From contig JBGVKY010000014.1 of assembly GCA_045123995.1 (NCBI GenBank), positions 128,710-192,709 of the forward strand: DNA of 64,000 nucleotides, read 5' to 3'. The notes under the pieces are model-generated. The model searched no databases. It was not told the origin of the DNA and saw only the letters and a list, made by a program, of their open reading frames with translations. Positions 29,427 to 40,446 of this stretch are shown one piece after another. Origin of the DNA: Clostridia bacterium (GTDB lineage Bacteria > Bacillota > Clostridia > CAKSNL01 > HGM11501). A program made the position numbers and the translations under genes. Positions within the stretch are counted from its first letter, which is position 1, and each line of letters begins with the position of its first letter.

Positions 29427-29954
29427 TTAACTTAAATTTTTTATAATATCTTTATATATTTTTTCTGCATTCTTCTTGAATTCCGATGCAGCTTTGGCTG
29501 CCGAGTCCTTTGTGGGAAAAACCAAGGACATGGAAAAAATAGGAATTCCAGCTTCGGTAATTTCGGAAAAAAGGTCAAAAGAACCCATTCTGTTCTCCTT
29601 GAACTCAGATGTAACCGAAAGGGATTCGACTTCTTTCTTCCTTACGGATTTAATGGAATTTATTATTTCTTCCTTTACTGAGAAAGGCAAATCCTTTGAA
29701 AAAAGCATGGAAGCATTTAGGCCTTTCTGACTTACTATATATTTTCCTTTTTCTGTGGCAGGAGTTAAAAGTCCCGTGTCTTCAAGCTCGGCAAAACACT
29801 GTGCTGTCTGGAAATAGTCAGCATAGCCTCCCGAAAGAATTATATCGCTGATGTCGGAGATTGAAACGGGACGCTTGAAATTTTGTGAAATAAATAGTAT
29901 AATAAGTTTTAGATCTAAAGAGTCATTAAAAAAGTAACCTGACAAAGTTCTCAC
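29427..29954 (-). CDS. hypothetical protein (possibly DUF4364-like, Clostridia-restricted)
   Basis: A 175-aa ORF with good coding periodicity and no recognisable catalytic motif. Confidence 0.4.
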   Translation of the reverse strand: MRTLSGYFFNDSLDLKLIILFISQNFKRPVSISDISDIILSGGYADYFQTAQCFAELEDTGLLTPATEKGKYIVSQKGLNASMLFSKDLPFSVKEEIINSIKSVRKKEVESLSVTSEFKENRMGSFDLFSEITEAGIPIFSMSLVFPTKDSAAKAASEFKKNAEKIYKDIIKNLS

Positions 29955-30012
29955 TTCCTTTAACTTTCAGTATATCACATTTTTCTATGCATTGCAAGAA
30001 GGAGTTGTATTT

Positions 30013-30663
30013 ATGTATCAAAAAATAACCGATATTTTATTAGATGGCGGAGCGGCCTTTGTGGGATGTTCGTACATAGAGGACACGCCTTTTCCCGGAC
30101 TTAATTATGCCATAAGCTTCGGTATAAAATTATCTACTGCAATAGTAAATACAATTTCGGATAAGGGACCGTCCAAAACCTATTTCCATCATTACAGAAC
30201 GGTTAATGCTCTTTTGGATTCATTGGGGCTTAAAGCTGTGATAGAACTGGAAAAGGCAGGGTATAACGGAGCGAATGTTCCTGCATCCCAAAGCGTTATG
30301 GGGTATAGAGGGATTTTTTCTCATAAAAAGGCGGCGGTTTTGGCAGGACTTGGATGGATAGGAAAGAGCGCTCTTTTCATAAATGAAAAAACGGGTCCCC
30401 TTGTAAGGTTGGCTACGGTATTTACTGATATGCCGCTGCCCGTAACACAGCATGAGTATAAAGACAGATGCAAAGATTGTGAAATATGCAAAAAAATGTG
30501 CCCTTCCGGAGCCATAAGCGGAAAAACTTTTTCGGAAGATATACCGTTTTCTGACTTTTTTGATGCAGAGCTTTGCAGTACCTATATGAAGAATAATTTC
30601 AAAGATATAGGCAGAGGTGCGGTATGCGGAATTTGCATGAGATTCTGCAAGTATGGAAAGTGA
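30013..30663 (+). CDS. 4Fe-4S cluster-binding protein, QueG (epoxyqueuosine reductase) C-terminal-domain-like
   Basis: CKDCEICKKMCP ferredoxin motif plus a second C..C..C..C group (CSTY...CGICMRFC); about 217 aa, with no obvious cobalamin-binding part. Confidence 0.45.
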   Translation: MYQKITDILLDGGAAFVGCSYIEDTPFPGLNYAISFGIKLSTAIVNTISDKGPSKTYFHHYRTVNALLDSLGLKAVIELEKAGYNGANVPASQSVMGYRGIFSHKKAAVLAGLGWIGKSALFINEKTGPLVRLATVFTDMPLPVTQHEYKDRCKDCEICKKMCPSGAISGKTFSEDIPFSDFFDAELCSTYMKNNFKDIGRGAVCGICMRFCKYGK

Positions 30664-30680
30664 ATTTCCCGGGAAATATA

Positions 30681-30709
30681 TTGACCAAAAGGTAAATATG
30701 CTATATAAT
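30681..30709 (+). promoter_or_regulatory. sigma-A type promoter for uvrBA
   Basis: TTGACC, 17 nt, then TATAAT. Confidence 0.45.
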
Positions 30710-30715
30710 GAGAAT

Positions 30716-30731
30716 GTGAATGTTTGTTCTT
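30716..30731. promoter_or_regulatory. candidate LexA (DinR) SOS box
   Basis: GAATGTTTGTTC immediately downstream of the -10 matches GAAC-N4-GTTC with one mismatch; uvrBA is a canonical SOS target. Confidence 0.3.
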
Positions 30732-30756
30732 ATTTTTGATTTGAGGATTGCTGGTT

Positions 30757-32709
30757 ATGGATAAATTTGTATTAAAAAGTCCGTTTTCGCCTGCAGGAGA
30801 CCAGAATGAAGCTATTTCGAAGCTTTCAGATGGCATAAAAAATGGTGAAAAGGGGCAAGTTCTCTTAGGTGTTACAGGCTCCGGAAAAACCTTTACAATG
30901 GCAAATATAATTGAAAAGGTGAACCGTCCGACGTTGGTTCTTGCTCACAATAAAACTCTGGCGGCACAGCTTTGTTCGGAATTCAAGGAGTTTTTTCCGG
31001 ATAACGCCGTGGAATTTTTTGTTTCTTACTACGATTATTATCAGCCTGAAGCGTATGTTCCTCAAAGCGATACTTATATAGAAAAAGATGCGTCAATAAA
31101 TGACGACATAGATAAACTGCGCCATAGTGCAACCATGGCGCTTTTTGAACGTAGAGATGTAATTGTTGTTGCCAGCGTATCTTGCATATACGGACTCGGT
31201 GACCCGGAGGATTATCAGGAAATGGTAATATCCTTAAGACCGGGAATGAATGTAGAACGTGATGAAATTATAAAAAAATTAGTAGAAATGCAGTACGAAA
31301 GAAACGACATAAATTTCACCCGAAACAAGTTCAGGGCACGTGGTGACGTTTTGGAAATTTTCCCGTCGAGTGAAAATGAAAAAGCGGTGAGAGTGGAGTT
31401 TTTTGATGACGAAATAGAAAGAATTTGTGAGATAAATACCGTAACGGGAGAGGTTTTAGGAGTAAGAAGCCACATCATGATTTATCCTGCCTCCCATTAT
31501 GTTACAAATAAAGACAAGCTTATGAGAGCCATAGGGAATATCGAAAGAGAACTTTCCCAAAGACTTTCATATTTCGAGAAAAACGGCAAGCTTTTGGAAG
31601 CCCAGAGGCTTAAGCAAAGGACAGAATATGACATGGAAATGCTTAAGGAAGTAGGCTTTTGTCAGGGAATAGAAAACTACTCAAGACATATAAGCGGAAG
31701 GGCAGAGGGCAGCGCTCCTTATACTCTGATGGACTATTTTCCGGAGGATTTTCTTTTGATTGTTGACGAGTCTCATGTTACAATCCCCCAGGTAAGGGCA
31801 ATGTATGCAGGGGACAGGTCAAGAAAGGATAATTTAGTGGAATATGGCTTTCGTCTGCCAAGTGCCTACGATAACCGACCATTGACCTTTGATGAATTTG
31901 AAAAAAGAATAAATCAGGTTATTTTTGTGTCCGCAACACCTGCGGAATACGAGTACGATCATGCCTCTGTTGTGGCAGAGCAGGTAATAAGGCCCACGGG
32001 ACTTTTAGATCCCTCTATTGAGGTAAGAAAAACAGAAGGGCAGATTGATGATTTGGTGGGAGAGATTCATAAGGTACTTGAAAAGGAAGAAAGAGTCTTA
32101 ATTACTACCCTTACCAAAAAAATGGCGGAAGCACTTACCGACCACCTGCAGAGCCTTGGCATAAAAGTAAGATATATGCACAGCGAAGTTGAAACATTGG
32201 AGAGAATGGAAATTATAAGGGATTTGCGTCTGGGCGTTTTTGATGTTTTGGTTGGAATAAACCTTTTAAGAGAAGGACTTGACCTTCCCGAAGTTTCTCT
32301 TATTGCAATTTTAGATGCAGATAAAGAAGGCTTTTTAAGAAGTGAAACCTCTCTTATCCAGACCATAGGAAGAGCTGCGAGAAACTCTGAGGGAAAGGTT
32401 ATAATGTATGCGGACAGAAAAACTTCTGCAATGGAAAAAGCCATAGAAGTAACTGAAAGACGAAGAAAAATTCAGGCAGAATATAACGAAAAAAACAATA
32501 TCGTGCCTAAAACCGTAAAGAAGTCTGTAAGAGACGTTATAAGTGTTGTATCAAGGGAAGATATAAAGTCAAAAAAGGGAGACAGTGAGAATATACTTTT
32601 AAGACTCGAGCGGGAAATGAAAGAGGCTGCAAGTCAATTAAGATTTGAAGATGCGGCATATCTTCGTGACAAGCTTGAAAGGATACGGAGTGAACTTGAA
32701 CATGAATGA
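30757..32709 (+). CDS. uvrB: excinuclease ABC subunit B
   Basis: [12 protein letters not shown], a UvrB-interaction beta-hairpin and the C-terminal UVR domain ([12 protein letters not shown]). Confidence 0.95.
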   Translation: MDKFVLKSPFSPAGDQNEAISKLSDGIKNGEKGQVLLGVTGSGKTFTMANIIEKVNRPTLVLAHNKTLAAQLCSEFKEFFPDNAVEFFVSYYDYYQPEAYVPQSDTYIEKDASINDDIDKLRHSATMALFERRDVIVVASVSCIYGLGDPEDYQEMVISLRPGMNVERDEIIKKLVEMQYERNDINFTRNKFRARGDVLEIFPSSENEKAVRVEFFDDEIERICEINTVTGEVLGVRSHIMIYPASHYVTNKDKLMRAIGNIERELSQRLSYFEKNGKLLEAQRLKQRTEYDMEMLKEVGFCQGIENYSRHISGRAEGSAPYTLMDYFPEDFLLIVDESHVTIPQVRAMYAGDRSRKDNLVEYGFRLPSAYDNRPLTFDEFEKRINQVIFVSATPAEYEYDHASVVAEQVIRPTGLLDPSIEVRKTEGQIDDLVGEIHKVLEKEERVLITTLTKKMAEALTDHLQSLGIKVRYMHSEVETLERMEIIRDLRLGVFDVLVGINLLREGLDLPEVSLIAILDADKEGFLRSETSLIQTIGRAARNSEGKVIMYADRKTSAMEKAIEVTERRRKIQAEYNEKNNIVPKTVKKSVRDVISVVSREDIKSKKGDSENILLRLEREMKEAASQLRFEDAAYLRDKLERIRSELEHE

Positions 32710-35530
32710 TAAAATTGTTATAAGGGGTGCTAAAGAAAACAACTTAAAGGGGATAGATCTTACTGTTCCCAGAAATAAGTTTGTGGTTTTCACAGGTCTT
32801 TCAGGCTCGGGAAAATCCTCTTTGGCCTTTGATACAATTTATGCAGAGGGACAGAGAAGATATGTGGAGTCTCTGTCTTCCTATGCAAGACAGTTTTTAG
32901 GGCAGATGAAAAAGCCTGATGTGGAGTTTATCGGCGGACTTTCACCTGCTATATCCATTGACCAGAAAACCACCAGTAAAAATCCCCGTTCTACCGTTGG
33001 GACAGTCACTGAAATTTATGACTATTTAAGACTTTTATATGCAAGAGTGGGCGTTCCTCACTGTCCCCAGTGCGGAAAAGAAATAAATATGCAGACAGTA
33101 GACCAGATTGCAGACAGTATAATGGCATTTCCCGAGGGCACAAAAATCATAATTTTAAGCCCTGTTGTAAGAGGGAAAAAGGGAGAATATCAAAAGCTTT
33201 TCGAGGATGCAGGGAAAAATGGATTTGTGAGAGTCCGGGTTGACGGAGAAATCCGCCTTCTGGAGGAAGAAATAAAGCTTGATAAAAAGAAAAAGCATAC
33301 CATTGAAATTGTAGTGGATCGTCTTTCAATCAAACCTGATATGGTAAAGAGACTTACGGAGTCTATAGAAACCTCCCTTAAAATGTCGGGTGGACTCATA
33401 AGTATTCTTGACGGCGATGGAAATATCCATACTTACAGCCGTAACTATGCCTGTCATGACTGCGGAATAAGCCTTGATGAACTGGAACCCAGACTTTTTT
33501 CATTTAACAATCCTTTCGGAGCTTGTCCTGAATGTGCAGGATTGGGATATATAATGAAAATGGACCCCGAAAGGATTATAACCGATGCCAACCTTACCAT
33601 CTATAACGGCGGAATTGATTTAATGGGCTGGGATGGAAGTGTAGAGGGAGGCATGGTGGAAAAGATATATGATGGTCTTGAAAGAAAGTATAATATAGAT
33701 TACCATGTACCAATAAAGGAACTTTCGGAAGAAGCGAAAAATATTTTGTTTTACGGAAGCGGAACGGATTTAATCGAAATCCATTATAAGGGAAGAGAAA
33801 GCAGAACCGAACAGATTTACGATAAAACCTACGAGGGAATAATCCCATGCATGGAGCGACGTTACGCGGAGACTAGTTCCGATTTCATGAAGTATTATTA
33901 TGAACTTCGCATGAGTAGATGCCATTGTAACACCTGTAATGGAAAAAGGCTTAAAAAGGAAGCTTTAGCAGTTACGGTAGGTGGAATAAATATTCATGAG
34001 CTTACGGAAAAATCCATTTTAGACGGGAAGAATTTTCTTGAGAGCTTAAGCTTTTCAAAAAAAGATGAGAAGATTGCGGAGCCAATAATAAGAGAGATAA
34101 AGGCAAGACTCGGATTTTTAAGTGAAGTGGGACTTAACTACCTTACGCTGGGGCGTGCCTCAGCCACCCTGTCAGGAGGAGAAGCTCAGAGAATCCGCCT
34201 TGCAACCCAGATAGGTTCAGGTCTTACGGGTGTCTTGTACATTCTGGATGAACCGTCAATCGGTCTTCACCAGAGAGATAACGGAAAGCTTATATCCGCC
34301 CTTAAAAATTTAAGGGATATGGGAAATACACTTATAGTTGTTGAACATGATGAAGAGACTATGAGAGAAGCTGACCACATTGTTGATATAGGTCCCGGGG
34401 CAGGAATTCACGGAGGATATGTGGTTGCAGAGGGAAGCGTGTCAGACATAGAAAAGGCCGAAAATTCTGTTACGGGAGACTATCTTTCCGGAAGATGTAA
34501 AATAGAGGTTCCACAAAAGAGACGTGAGGGCAACGGAAAAGTTATAGAAATTGTAGGGGCTAAAGAAAATAATCTCAAAAATATAAATGTAAAAATTCCA
34601 CTGGGCAAACTGGTTTCTGTTACTGGTGTGTCGGGTTCGGGAAAATCCACCCTGATAAATGAAATTCTTCATAAAAGCCTTGCCCGTTCCTTAAACGGAG
34701 CAACCAAGGATATGCCGGGAAAGCACAAAGAGATAAAGGGAATTGAATATCTGGATAAGGTTATAGATATTGACCAGTCTCCCATCGGAAGAACTCCCAG
34801 ATCAAATCCTGCCACATATACCGGAGTTTTCGGTGACATAAGAGAGCTTTTTGCATCAACCAACGAAGCTAAGGCAAGGGGCTACGGTGCAGGTCGTTTC
34901 AGCTTCAATGTAAAGGGCGGAAGATGTGAAGCCTGCTCGGGTGACGGAATACTGAAGATAGAAATGCACTTTTTATCAGACGTTTATGTGCCCTGCGAGG
35001 TTTGCGGCGGAAAAAGATACAGTCGTGAAACATTAGAGGTTAAATATAAGGGTAAAAACATCTACGAGGTTTTGGAAATGACAGTAGAAGAGGGGCTTTC
35101 TTTCTTTGAAAACATCCCTAAAATTAAAAGAAAGCTTGAAACCTTGTATGATGTGGGTCTTGGCTATATAAAAATCGGTCAGTCTTCAACAACCCTGTCG
35201 GGAGGTGAAGCTCAGAGAGTCAAGCTTTCAACAGAGCTTTCAAAACGTCCTACCGGAAAAACCATATATATACTTGACGAACCTACTACGGGTCTTCATA
35301 CTGCTGACGTGCATAAACTCATCGGGGTGCTTTCCCGCCTTACCGATGCGGGTAATTCTGTGGTGGTTATAGAACACAATCTGGATGTAATAAAAGTTTC
35401 TGACCACATCATAGATTTGGGGCCCGAGGGTGGAGATGCAGGGGGACAGATTATAGCAGAAGGAACTCCTGAGGAAGTTGCAGAAAATAAAAAATCAGTT
35501 ACAGGGAAGTATCTTAAGAAGTATTTATAG
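32702..35530 (+). CDS. uvrA: excinuclease ABC subunit A
   Basis: Two ABC modules ([24 protein letters not shown]), zinc-finger cysteines and LSGGEAQR signatures. Start overlaps the uvrB stop. Confidence 0.95.
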   Translation: MNDKIVIRGAKENNLKGIDLTVPRNKFVVFTGLSGSGKSSLAFDTIYAEGQRRYVESLSSYARQFLGQMKKPDVEFIGGLSPAISIDQKTTSKNPRSTVGTVTEIYDYLRLLYARVGVPHCPQCGKEINMQTVDQIADSIMAFPEGTKIIILSPVVRGKKGEYQKLFEDAGKNGFVRVRVDGEIRLLEEEIKLDKKKKHTIEIVVDRLSIKPDMVKRLTESIETSLKMSGGLISILDGDGNIHTYSRNYACHDCGISLDELEPRLFSFNNPFGACPECAGLGYIMKMDPERIITDANLTIYNGGIDLMGWDGSVEGGMVEKIYDGLERKYNIDYHVPIKELSEEAKNILFYGSGTDLIEIHYKGRESRTEQIYDKTYEGIIPCMERRYAETSSDFMKYYYELRMSRCHCNTCNGKRLKKEALAVTVGGINIHELTEKSILDGKNFLESLSFSKKDEKIAEPIIREIKARLGFLSEVGLNYLTLGRASATLSGGEAQRIRLATQIGSGLTGVLYILDEPSIGLHQRDNGKLISALKNLRDMGNTLIVVEHDEETMREADHIVDIGPGAGIHGGYVVAEGSVSDIEKAENSVTGDYLSGRCKIEVPQKRREGNGKVIEIVGAKENNLKNINVKIPLGKLVSVTGVSGSGKSTLINEILHKSLARSLNGATKDMPGKHKEIKGIEYLDKVIDIDQSPIGRTPRSNPATYTGVFGDIRELFASTNEAKARGYGAGRFSFNVKGGRCEACSGDGILKIEMHFLSDVYVPCEVCGGKRYSRETLEVKYKGKNIYEVLEMTVEEGLSFFENIPKIKRKLETLYDVGLGYIKIGQSSTTLSGGEAQRVKLSTELSKRPTGKTIYILDEPTTGLHTADVHKLIGVLSRLTDAGNSVVVIEHNLDVIKVSDHIIDLGPEGGDAGGQIIAEGTPEEVAENKKSVTGKYLKKYL

Positions 35531-35540
35531 GAGGGTGATT

Positions 35541-36776
35541 ATGCTAAGAGGTAATGCTATAGTTGGTCAGTCAGGCGGCCCTACGGCGGTTATCAATGCA
35601 AGTTTAGCAGGGGTTTTTAAAACGGCAAAGGATAACGGATGCGAGCATGTTTACGGCATGCGCCACGGTGTACAGGGGTTGGCAAACGGTGAATATATAG
35701 ATATATCGGATTATATAAAAAGCAATCTGGAGATAGAGCTTCTTAAAAGAACACCGGCTTCCTTTCTGGGAACTTGCCGTTACAAGCTTCCTCTGTGTGA
35801 AGAAAGTACAGAGGTCTATGAAAAAATATTTGGATTTCTTAAAAAACTTAATATCAAATATTTTTTCTATATAGGCGGAAACGATTCCATGGATACAATT
35901 ATGAAGCTGTCAGAGTATGCAGAGAAAATTGGCTCAGATATACGTTTCATAGGAGTACCTAAGACAATAGACAATGACCTGGCAGAAACCGATCATACTC
36001 CGGGATATGGTTCTGCGGCAAAGTATATTGCAACATCGGTGAAAGAGATAATATGCGATGCTAAAACCTACTACACCGATTCAATAACAGTTGTAGAAAT
36101 TATGGGTAGAAATGCAGGTTGGCTAACGGCAGCTGCAGCCCTTTCAAGATGTGAAGATTGTTCGGGACCTGACCTTATTTATCTGCCGGAGAGAAAGTTT
36201 GACCACAATGAATTTATAGGAAAAATAGAAGAATTAAAAAAGACAAACAAGGTTGTTACCATTGCGGTATCTGAGGGTGTCAAAACAAAAGACGGAAGAT
36301 ATGTATGCGAAGTGAATAAAAAGAATACTGTAACAGACTCTTTCGGTCATAAACTTTTAGGAGGTACAGCTATGTACCTGTCTGATTTTATAACTGAGCA
36401 TACGGGAGTGAAATCTCGTGGTATAGTTTTTTCGACTTTGCAAAGATGTGCTTCTCACATGGTTTCCAGACGAGACATAACCGAGGCTTACATGGTGGGA
36501 GCTGATGCGGTTATTGAAGCTATAAAAGGAAACACAGGAAAAATGATAATAATAAAACGTCTTTCAAACGAGCCGTATAATGTGGTAACAGCTTCTTTCG
36601 ATATAAGAAAAATAGCGAACAAAGAAAAGTGTGTGCCCGATAAATGGATAGCCAAAGAAGGAAATTATATAACTAAAGAGTTGGAAGATTATATAAGACC
36701 TCTTATAATAGGGGAGCTTTCGCCTTTTATGGTGGACGGACTTCCAAGACATCTTTTTATAGACGATAAGAATTAA
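35541..36776 (+). CDS. pfk: 6-phosphofructokinase (long PfkA-family; PPi- versus ATP-dependence not resolved)
   Basis: GGPTAVINAS, GGNDS, PKTIDND and MGR motifs. AGGAGGG ribosome-binding site. Confidence 0.85.
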   Translation: MLRGNAIVGQSGGPTAVINASLAGVFKTAKDNGCEHVYGMRHGVQGLANGEYIDISDYIKSNLEIELLKRTPASFLGTCRYKLPLCEESTEVYEKIFGFLKKLNIKYFFYIGGNDSMDTIMKLSEYAEKIGSDIRFIGVPKTIDNDLAETDHTPGYGSAAKYIATSVKEIICDAKTYYTDSITVVEIMGRNAGWLTAAAALSRCEDCSGPDLIYLPERKFDHNEFIGKIEELKKTNKVVTIAVSEGVKTKDGRYVCEVNKKNTVTDSFGHKLLGGTAMYLSDFITEHTGVKSRGIVFSTLQRCASHMVSRRDITEAYMVGADAVIEAIKGNTGKMIIIKRLSNEPYNVVTASFDIRKIANKEKCVPDKWIAKEGNYITKELEDYIRPLIIGELSPFMVDGLPRHLFIDDKN

Positions 36777-36789
36777 AAGAAGTAAGCCT

Positions 36790-37152
36790 ATGAATAAAAA
36801 AGAGTTCTTTCCGACAGGGAAGAAAATTGATTCCTGGTTTTATGATAAAAAAATCCCAGCTCTCGAGGAGCAAGGAAAGATGTCAAATTTTGTAAACGTA
36901 TACAGATGGACGCAGTTTTTTGACCTTAAAGGAAGAGAGGATATGCCTGTATCCGTAGCAAGCAATATAAATATTCACGACTGCGATGTGGAATGTAAGA
37001 ACTATTTTGATTTTACACCGGATAAAAAATTATATGAACTTAAGAATTTCACATTCAAAAATCTTTCTGTAAAAACATTAAGAAACACCTTCTCGGAGGA
37101 GTACATTGAAACAGTATCAGTTGAAAATGTAAATATTGAGATAACGGAATAA
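36790..37152 (+). CDS. hypothetical protein
   Basis: A 120-aa ORF 13 nt downstream of pfk and terminated by a strong terminator; no recognised family. Confidence 0.4.
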   Translation: MNKKEFFPTGKKIDSWFYDKKIPALEEQGKMSNFVNVYRWTQFFDLKGREDMPVSVASNINIHDCDVECKNYFDFTPDKKLYELKNFTFKNLSVKTLRNTFSEEYIETVSVENVNIEITE

Positions 37153-37185
37153 AAAAAGACCCGTCGTACGACGGGTCTTTTTTTA
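37150..37185. terminator. bidirectional rho-independent terminator
   Basis: GACCCGTCG / CGACGGGTC stem flanked by A7 and T7 runs. Confidence 0.75.
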
Positions 37186-38841
37186 TTCAACTATTGTAAC
37201 CTCGGCGGGCTTGTCAATTAAAACTTCAATGCTGCCGTCAGCTTTGCGTGTAGCTTCAACGGATACTATGCCGTAGGGAGTGGGGTATGTGCCTTTGATA
37301 TGGTTAAGCTTTGTTCCTAAATTGGGTTTAACCGCAATTTTTTTGCAGCCGGGTTCTATTACCTTTACACCAAGGATGTATTCCTGAATGAATGCTGCGG
37401 GACCTGATGCCCAGCCGTGACACAAGCTGTGACGGAAGCCCTTATAGCAATATGCACCGTGGTCACCGTGAATGTCATTTTCATCTTCGGGAACAAATTC
37501 GTCAATTCTTCTTGCACCCTCTGCCCATTCCAAATTAAAGTCTTCAAAGAATGTGGTTGCCCCAAGCTCAATCATTTTGCCCCAGAACTTATTCATAAGC
37601 TCGATTGTTCCGTCAATATCACCTGCTTCGCCTCTTGCCTTTAATATGTAATAACCAAGGAAAGTAGAAAGATTGTGAAGAGGATCAACTGCTAAAATGT
37701 TGTTATTTACCTCATCGAAAGGTAAAACTCCGGCAAGAGCCATCAGGGCAGCTGCCTGCTTGCAGGAACCTGTTTCGGGAGCGTGGGCTTTAAGAATATC
37801 AGAGTAGTGCTTACATTTTTCTGCCATAGTATCATCTTTATATTCTTTTGCAATATTTTCTGCGGCGTCAAGAGCCATAATGAAAATTGCGTGCATACCG
37901 GCCTTCTGACCAACCTTATCGGGGGATGTGGGCCAGTCGATAAAGTGGTTGTCTATGTCAATGTCCCCGTTTTCGGAAATTTTAGAAAAGAGCACGGAAA
38001 GAGTTTCGTATAAATAATCTTTCTGGGCGTAAAGATAGTCATAATTTCCGTTCTGTACATACCAGTCCCAATGGATTTTAATCCACCACATGGTATAGGT
38101 TGGGATAGAGTTCATCCATTTATTTGTGGGGCAGTTGTTCTTTGTAAAGTCAAGGCTTTTGGGAACACAGGGATCGAAGCCGAAAACTTTCTGAATTGTG
38201 GAAGTTTCGGGATGCATGTCGCCGATCCACACAAGACGGTCTCTCTTTATTCCGTCCCAGAGATAATTCTGCATATTGAGGTGAACGGTGTAAACGGCAG
38301 TTTCCCAAACCTCGTTGAGCATTTTATCGTCAGATGTGAAAGACCCTTTGTAATCAACTTCCTGATAGATGAAAGCGGCTCTTACGGCAGAAAGCTGAAT
38401 TTCTCCTACATTACAGTCAAGTCTTAAAAAGCGGAAGCCTGTATTTCCGAATTCCACAGAACCCATCTGAGATATGGGAAGCTCAAAATCACGCTGTGCA
38501 TGATTGTTAGTGGCATTCTTTTCTCCGTAAAGGTCGGTCATACATTCCATAACTGATTCGCCGAAACGAACACGGAGACGTCCCTCCATACCCACTTGAC
38601 AACGGCAGATATGAGCAATAGCTAAAATACCGCCATGTAATTCGCATCCGAAGTCAAACAATACGGAAGAACCCTCTTTCATGGTGCAGAGGGGTCCGGG
38701 ATTAAGAGAAGCCTGAAGAGGCTTTTCTGTCATAAGTGCTTCGGGATTTGTTATATCTCCGTTTGTCCAAAGGATTTTTTTGGGCATAAGATATTTCTTT
38801 ACTCTGTTATCTTTGATGCCCTCTGAAAAAATGTTTCTCAT
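37183..38841 (-). CDS. GH78-like alpha-L-rhamnosidase-family six-hairpin glycoside hydrolase (short form)
   Basis: RDRLVWIGD matches the GH78 RDERLGWTGD catalytic-region motif, with a beta-sandwich followed by an (alpha/alpha)6-type layout. AAGGAG ribosome-binding site 7 nt upstream. Confidence 0.5.
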   Translation of the reverse strand: MRNIFSEGIKDNRVKKYLMPKKILWTNGDITNPEALMTEKPLQASLNPGPLCTMKEGSSVLFDFGCELHGGILAIAHICRCQVGMEGRLRVRFGESVMECMTDLYGEKNATNNHAQRDFELPISQMGSVEFGNTGFRFLRLDCNVGEIQLSAVRAAFIYQEVDYKGSFTSDDKMLNEVWETAVYTVHLNMQNYLWDGIKRDRLVWIGDMHPETSTIQKVFGFDPCVPKSLDFTKNNCPTNKWMNSIPTYTMWWIKIHWDWYVQNGNYDYLYAQKDYLYETLSVLFSKISENGDIDIDNHFIDWPTSPDKVGQKAGMHAIFIMALDAAENIAKEYKDDTMAEKCKHYSDILKAHAPETGSCKQAAALMALAGVLPFDEVNNNILAVDPLHNLSTFLGYYILKARGEAGDIDGTIELMNKFWGKMIELGATTFFEDFNLEWAEGARRIDEFVPEDENDIHGDHGAYCYKGFRHSLCHGWASGPAAFIQEYILGVKVIEPGCKKIAVKPNLGTKLNHIKGTYPTPYGIVSVEATRKADGSIEVLIDKPAEVTIVE

Positions 38842-38842
38842 G

Positions 38843-39337
38843 TTAAATCTCCTTATAATTTAATATTTCTCCTGTGTAAATAGTATGATAATCACCATTT
38901 TTGTACCATTTTTCGTTGCATTCTTCTGAGGTTTCATTTTGGGTCATTTCAGTTTTGTAAATCACCCTGCACTCTAAAACCATACATCCTTTAATACCTG
39001 AAACTCCTGAAAAGTCGGACTTCACTGTTTCTAAGTTACACTCTTTAATTTTGTCAAAATCACGACCCGACTTGCTTCCGCAAAAGGCAAGCTCCTTTTT
39101 ATAAGTGTCATCTTTGGGGATGCTAACTGTGAAATAAGGATTTTTGTCAATGAAGTCCTTTGAAAATCTTGACTTTCTCACCATGACGGAAAAAACGCTT
39201 TTTCCCTGGGAAATACCGATTTGTGCCCATCCTATTGTCATAGGATTTTCCTTTTGTTCGTCACCAACCATTAAAAAAGCTCCGAATTTTCCTAAATTTT
39301 CAAGGATTTTACTTGAATTTTCTAAAAAAACCATCAT
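38843..39337 (-). CDS. flavin reductase-like (FMN-binding split-barrel) domain protein
   Basis: FTVSIP...ELAFCGSKSG..FDK...G...LEC matches the HpaC-like flavin reductase pattern; the gene is translationally coupled to the downstream gene. Confidence 0.55.
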   Translation of the reverse strand: MMVFLENSSKILENLGKFGAFLMVGDEQKENPMTIGWAQIGISQGKSVFSVMVRKSRFSKDFIDKNPYFTVSIPKDDTYKKELAFCGSKSGRDFDKIKECNLETVKSDFSGVSGIKGCMVLECRVIYKTEMTQNETSEECNEKWYKNGDYHTIYTGEILNYKEI

Positions 39338-39426
39338 ATGCCCCCTTGCTAAAAGTCAATTTATATATTATCATATAATTATGAAAAAGGCAACGAAAAT
39401 ATTAAAAAATATGCGAGGTTATCCTT

Positions 39427-40062
39427 ATGAAAAGAAGCGAGAAAATTTTAATAGTAAGGGAAAAACTTAATGCACTTTACCCCAATACTGAATGTACCCT
39501 GACTTATAAAAATCCTTTTGAGCTTTTGATTGCAACACAGCTGGCGGCTCAGTGTACCGATGCCAGAGTAAATATAGTTACAAAAGAGCTTTTTAAGAAA
39601 TATCCCTGTGTAGAAGCTTTTGCCAACGCTGAACTTACGGAGCTGGAGCAGGATATTAAAAGTACGGGATTTTACCACAATAAGGCGAAAAATATAATAA
39701 ACTGTGCAAAAAAGCTTTTATCTGATTTCGGCGGAGAGGTGCCAAAGACCATGGAGGAACTTTTATCCTTGCCGGGGACCGGCAGAAAAACGGCAAATTT
39801 GGTTCTGGGCGATGCATTCGGCATTCCCGGGATTGTAATAGATACCCACGCCAAGAGACTCGCAGGAAGAATTGGGCTTACGAAAGAAGAAACACCGGAA
39901 AAAATCGAAAAAGATTTAATGAAATTTGTTCCCAAAGACTACTGGACCACACTGGGACATCATTTTGTTGACCACGGAAGAGCAGTGTGTAATGCAAGAA
40001 AACCAAAATGTAAAGAGTGTGTTTTGCTGGAAGTATGTTCTTATGGGGAAAAGAATAAATAA
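39427..40062 (+). CDS. nth: endonuclease III
   Basis: HhH-GPD motif (LPGTGRKTANLVL), catalytic K/D and the C-terminal CX6CX2CX5C [4Fe-4S] loop. Confidence 0.9.
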   Translation: MKRSEKILIVREKLNALYPNTECTLTYKNPFELLIATQLAAQCTDARVNIVTKELFKKYPCVEAFANAELTELEQDIKSTGFYHNKAKNIINCAKKLLSDFGGEVPKTMEELLSLPGTGRKTANLVLGDAFGIPGIVIDTHAKRLAGRIGLTKEETPEKIEKDLMKFVPKDYWTTLGHHFVDHGRAVCNARKPKCKECVLLEVCSYGEKNK

Positions 40063-40098
40063 GATTTTTTTGCATAATCTCTTTTAGGGAGGGGTTGC

Positions 40099-40326
40099 AT
40101 GGTGAAAATTTCTGAATTCAGGCAAAAAGAGGTTGTGGACATAGAAACAGGCAAACGCCTGGGGTATATCTGCGATATGGAGATAGATGAAGAAACAGGA
40201 AGGGTCATATCGGTTACTGTACCCTCGGGAAAGCTTTTTGCCTCTGTAATGAAAAATTCGGATAAAATTATTCCCTGGGAAAAGATTATAAAATTAGGGG
40301 AAGATATGGTTTTGGTAAAAGTGTAA
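40099..40326 (+). CDS. ylmC: YlmC/YmxH-family sporulation protein (PRC-barrel)
   Basis: The 75-aa sequence ISEFRQKEVVDIETGKRLGY..D.EID...G is the hallmark of this family. Confidence 0.75.
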   Translation: MVKISEFRQKEVVDIETGKRLGYICDMEIDEETGRVISVTVPSGKLFASVMKNSDKIIPWEKIIKLGEDMVLVKV

Positions 40327-40327
40327 T

Positions 40328-40365
40328 AAAAGAGCGTAAAGAGAAATCTTTACGCTCTTTTTTAT
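40328..40365 (+). terminator. rho-independent terminator
   Basis: AAGAGCGTAAAG / CTTTACGCTCTT stem followed by TTTTT. Confidence 0.75.
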
Positions 40366-40377
40366 ATAAAGTGAGTC

Positions 40378-40406
40378 TTGAAATTAACATAAATATAGTG
40401 TATAAT
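40378..40406 (+). promoter_or_regulatory. sigma-A type promoter
   Basis: TTGAAA, 17 nt, then a TG-extended TATAAT. Confidence 0.45.
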
Positions 40407-40446
40407 AACTTTTAAAAGTATAAATTTTATTTATGGAGGGATTTTT

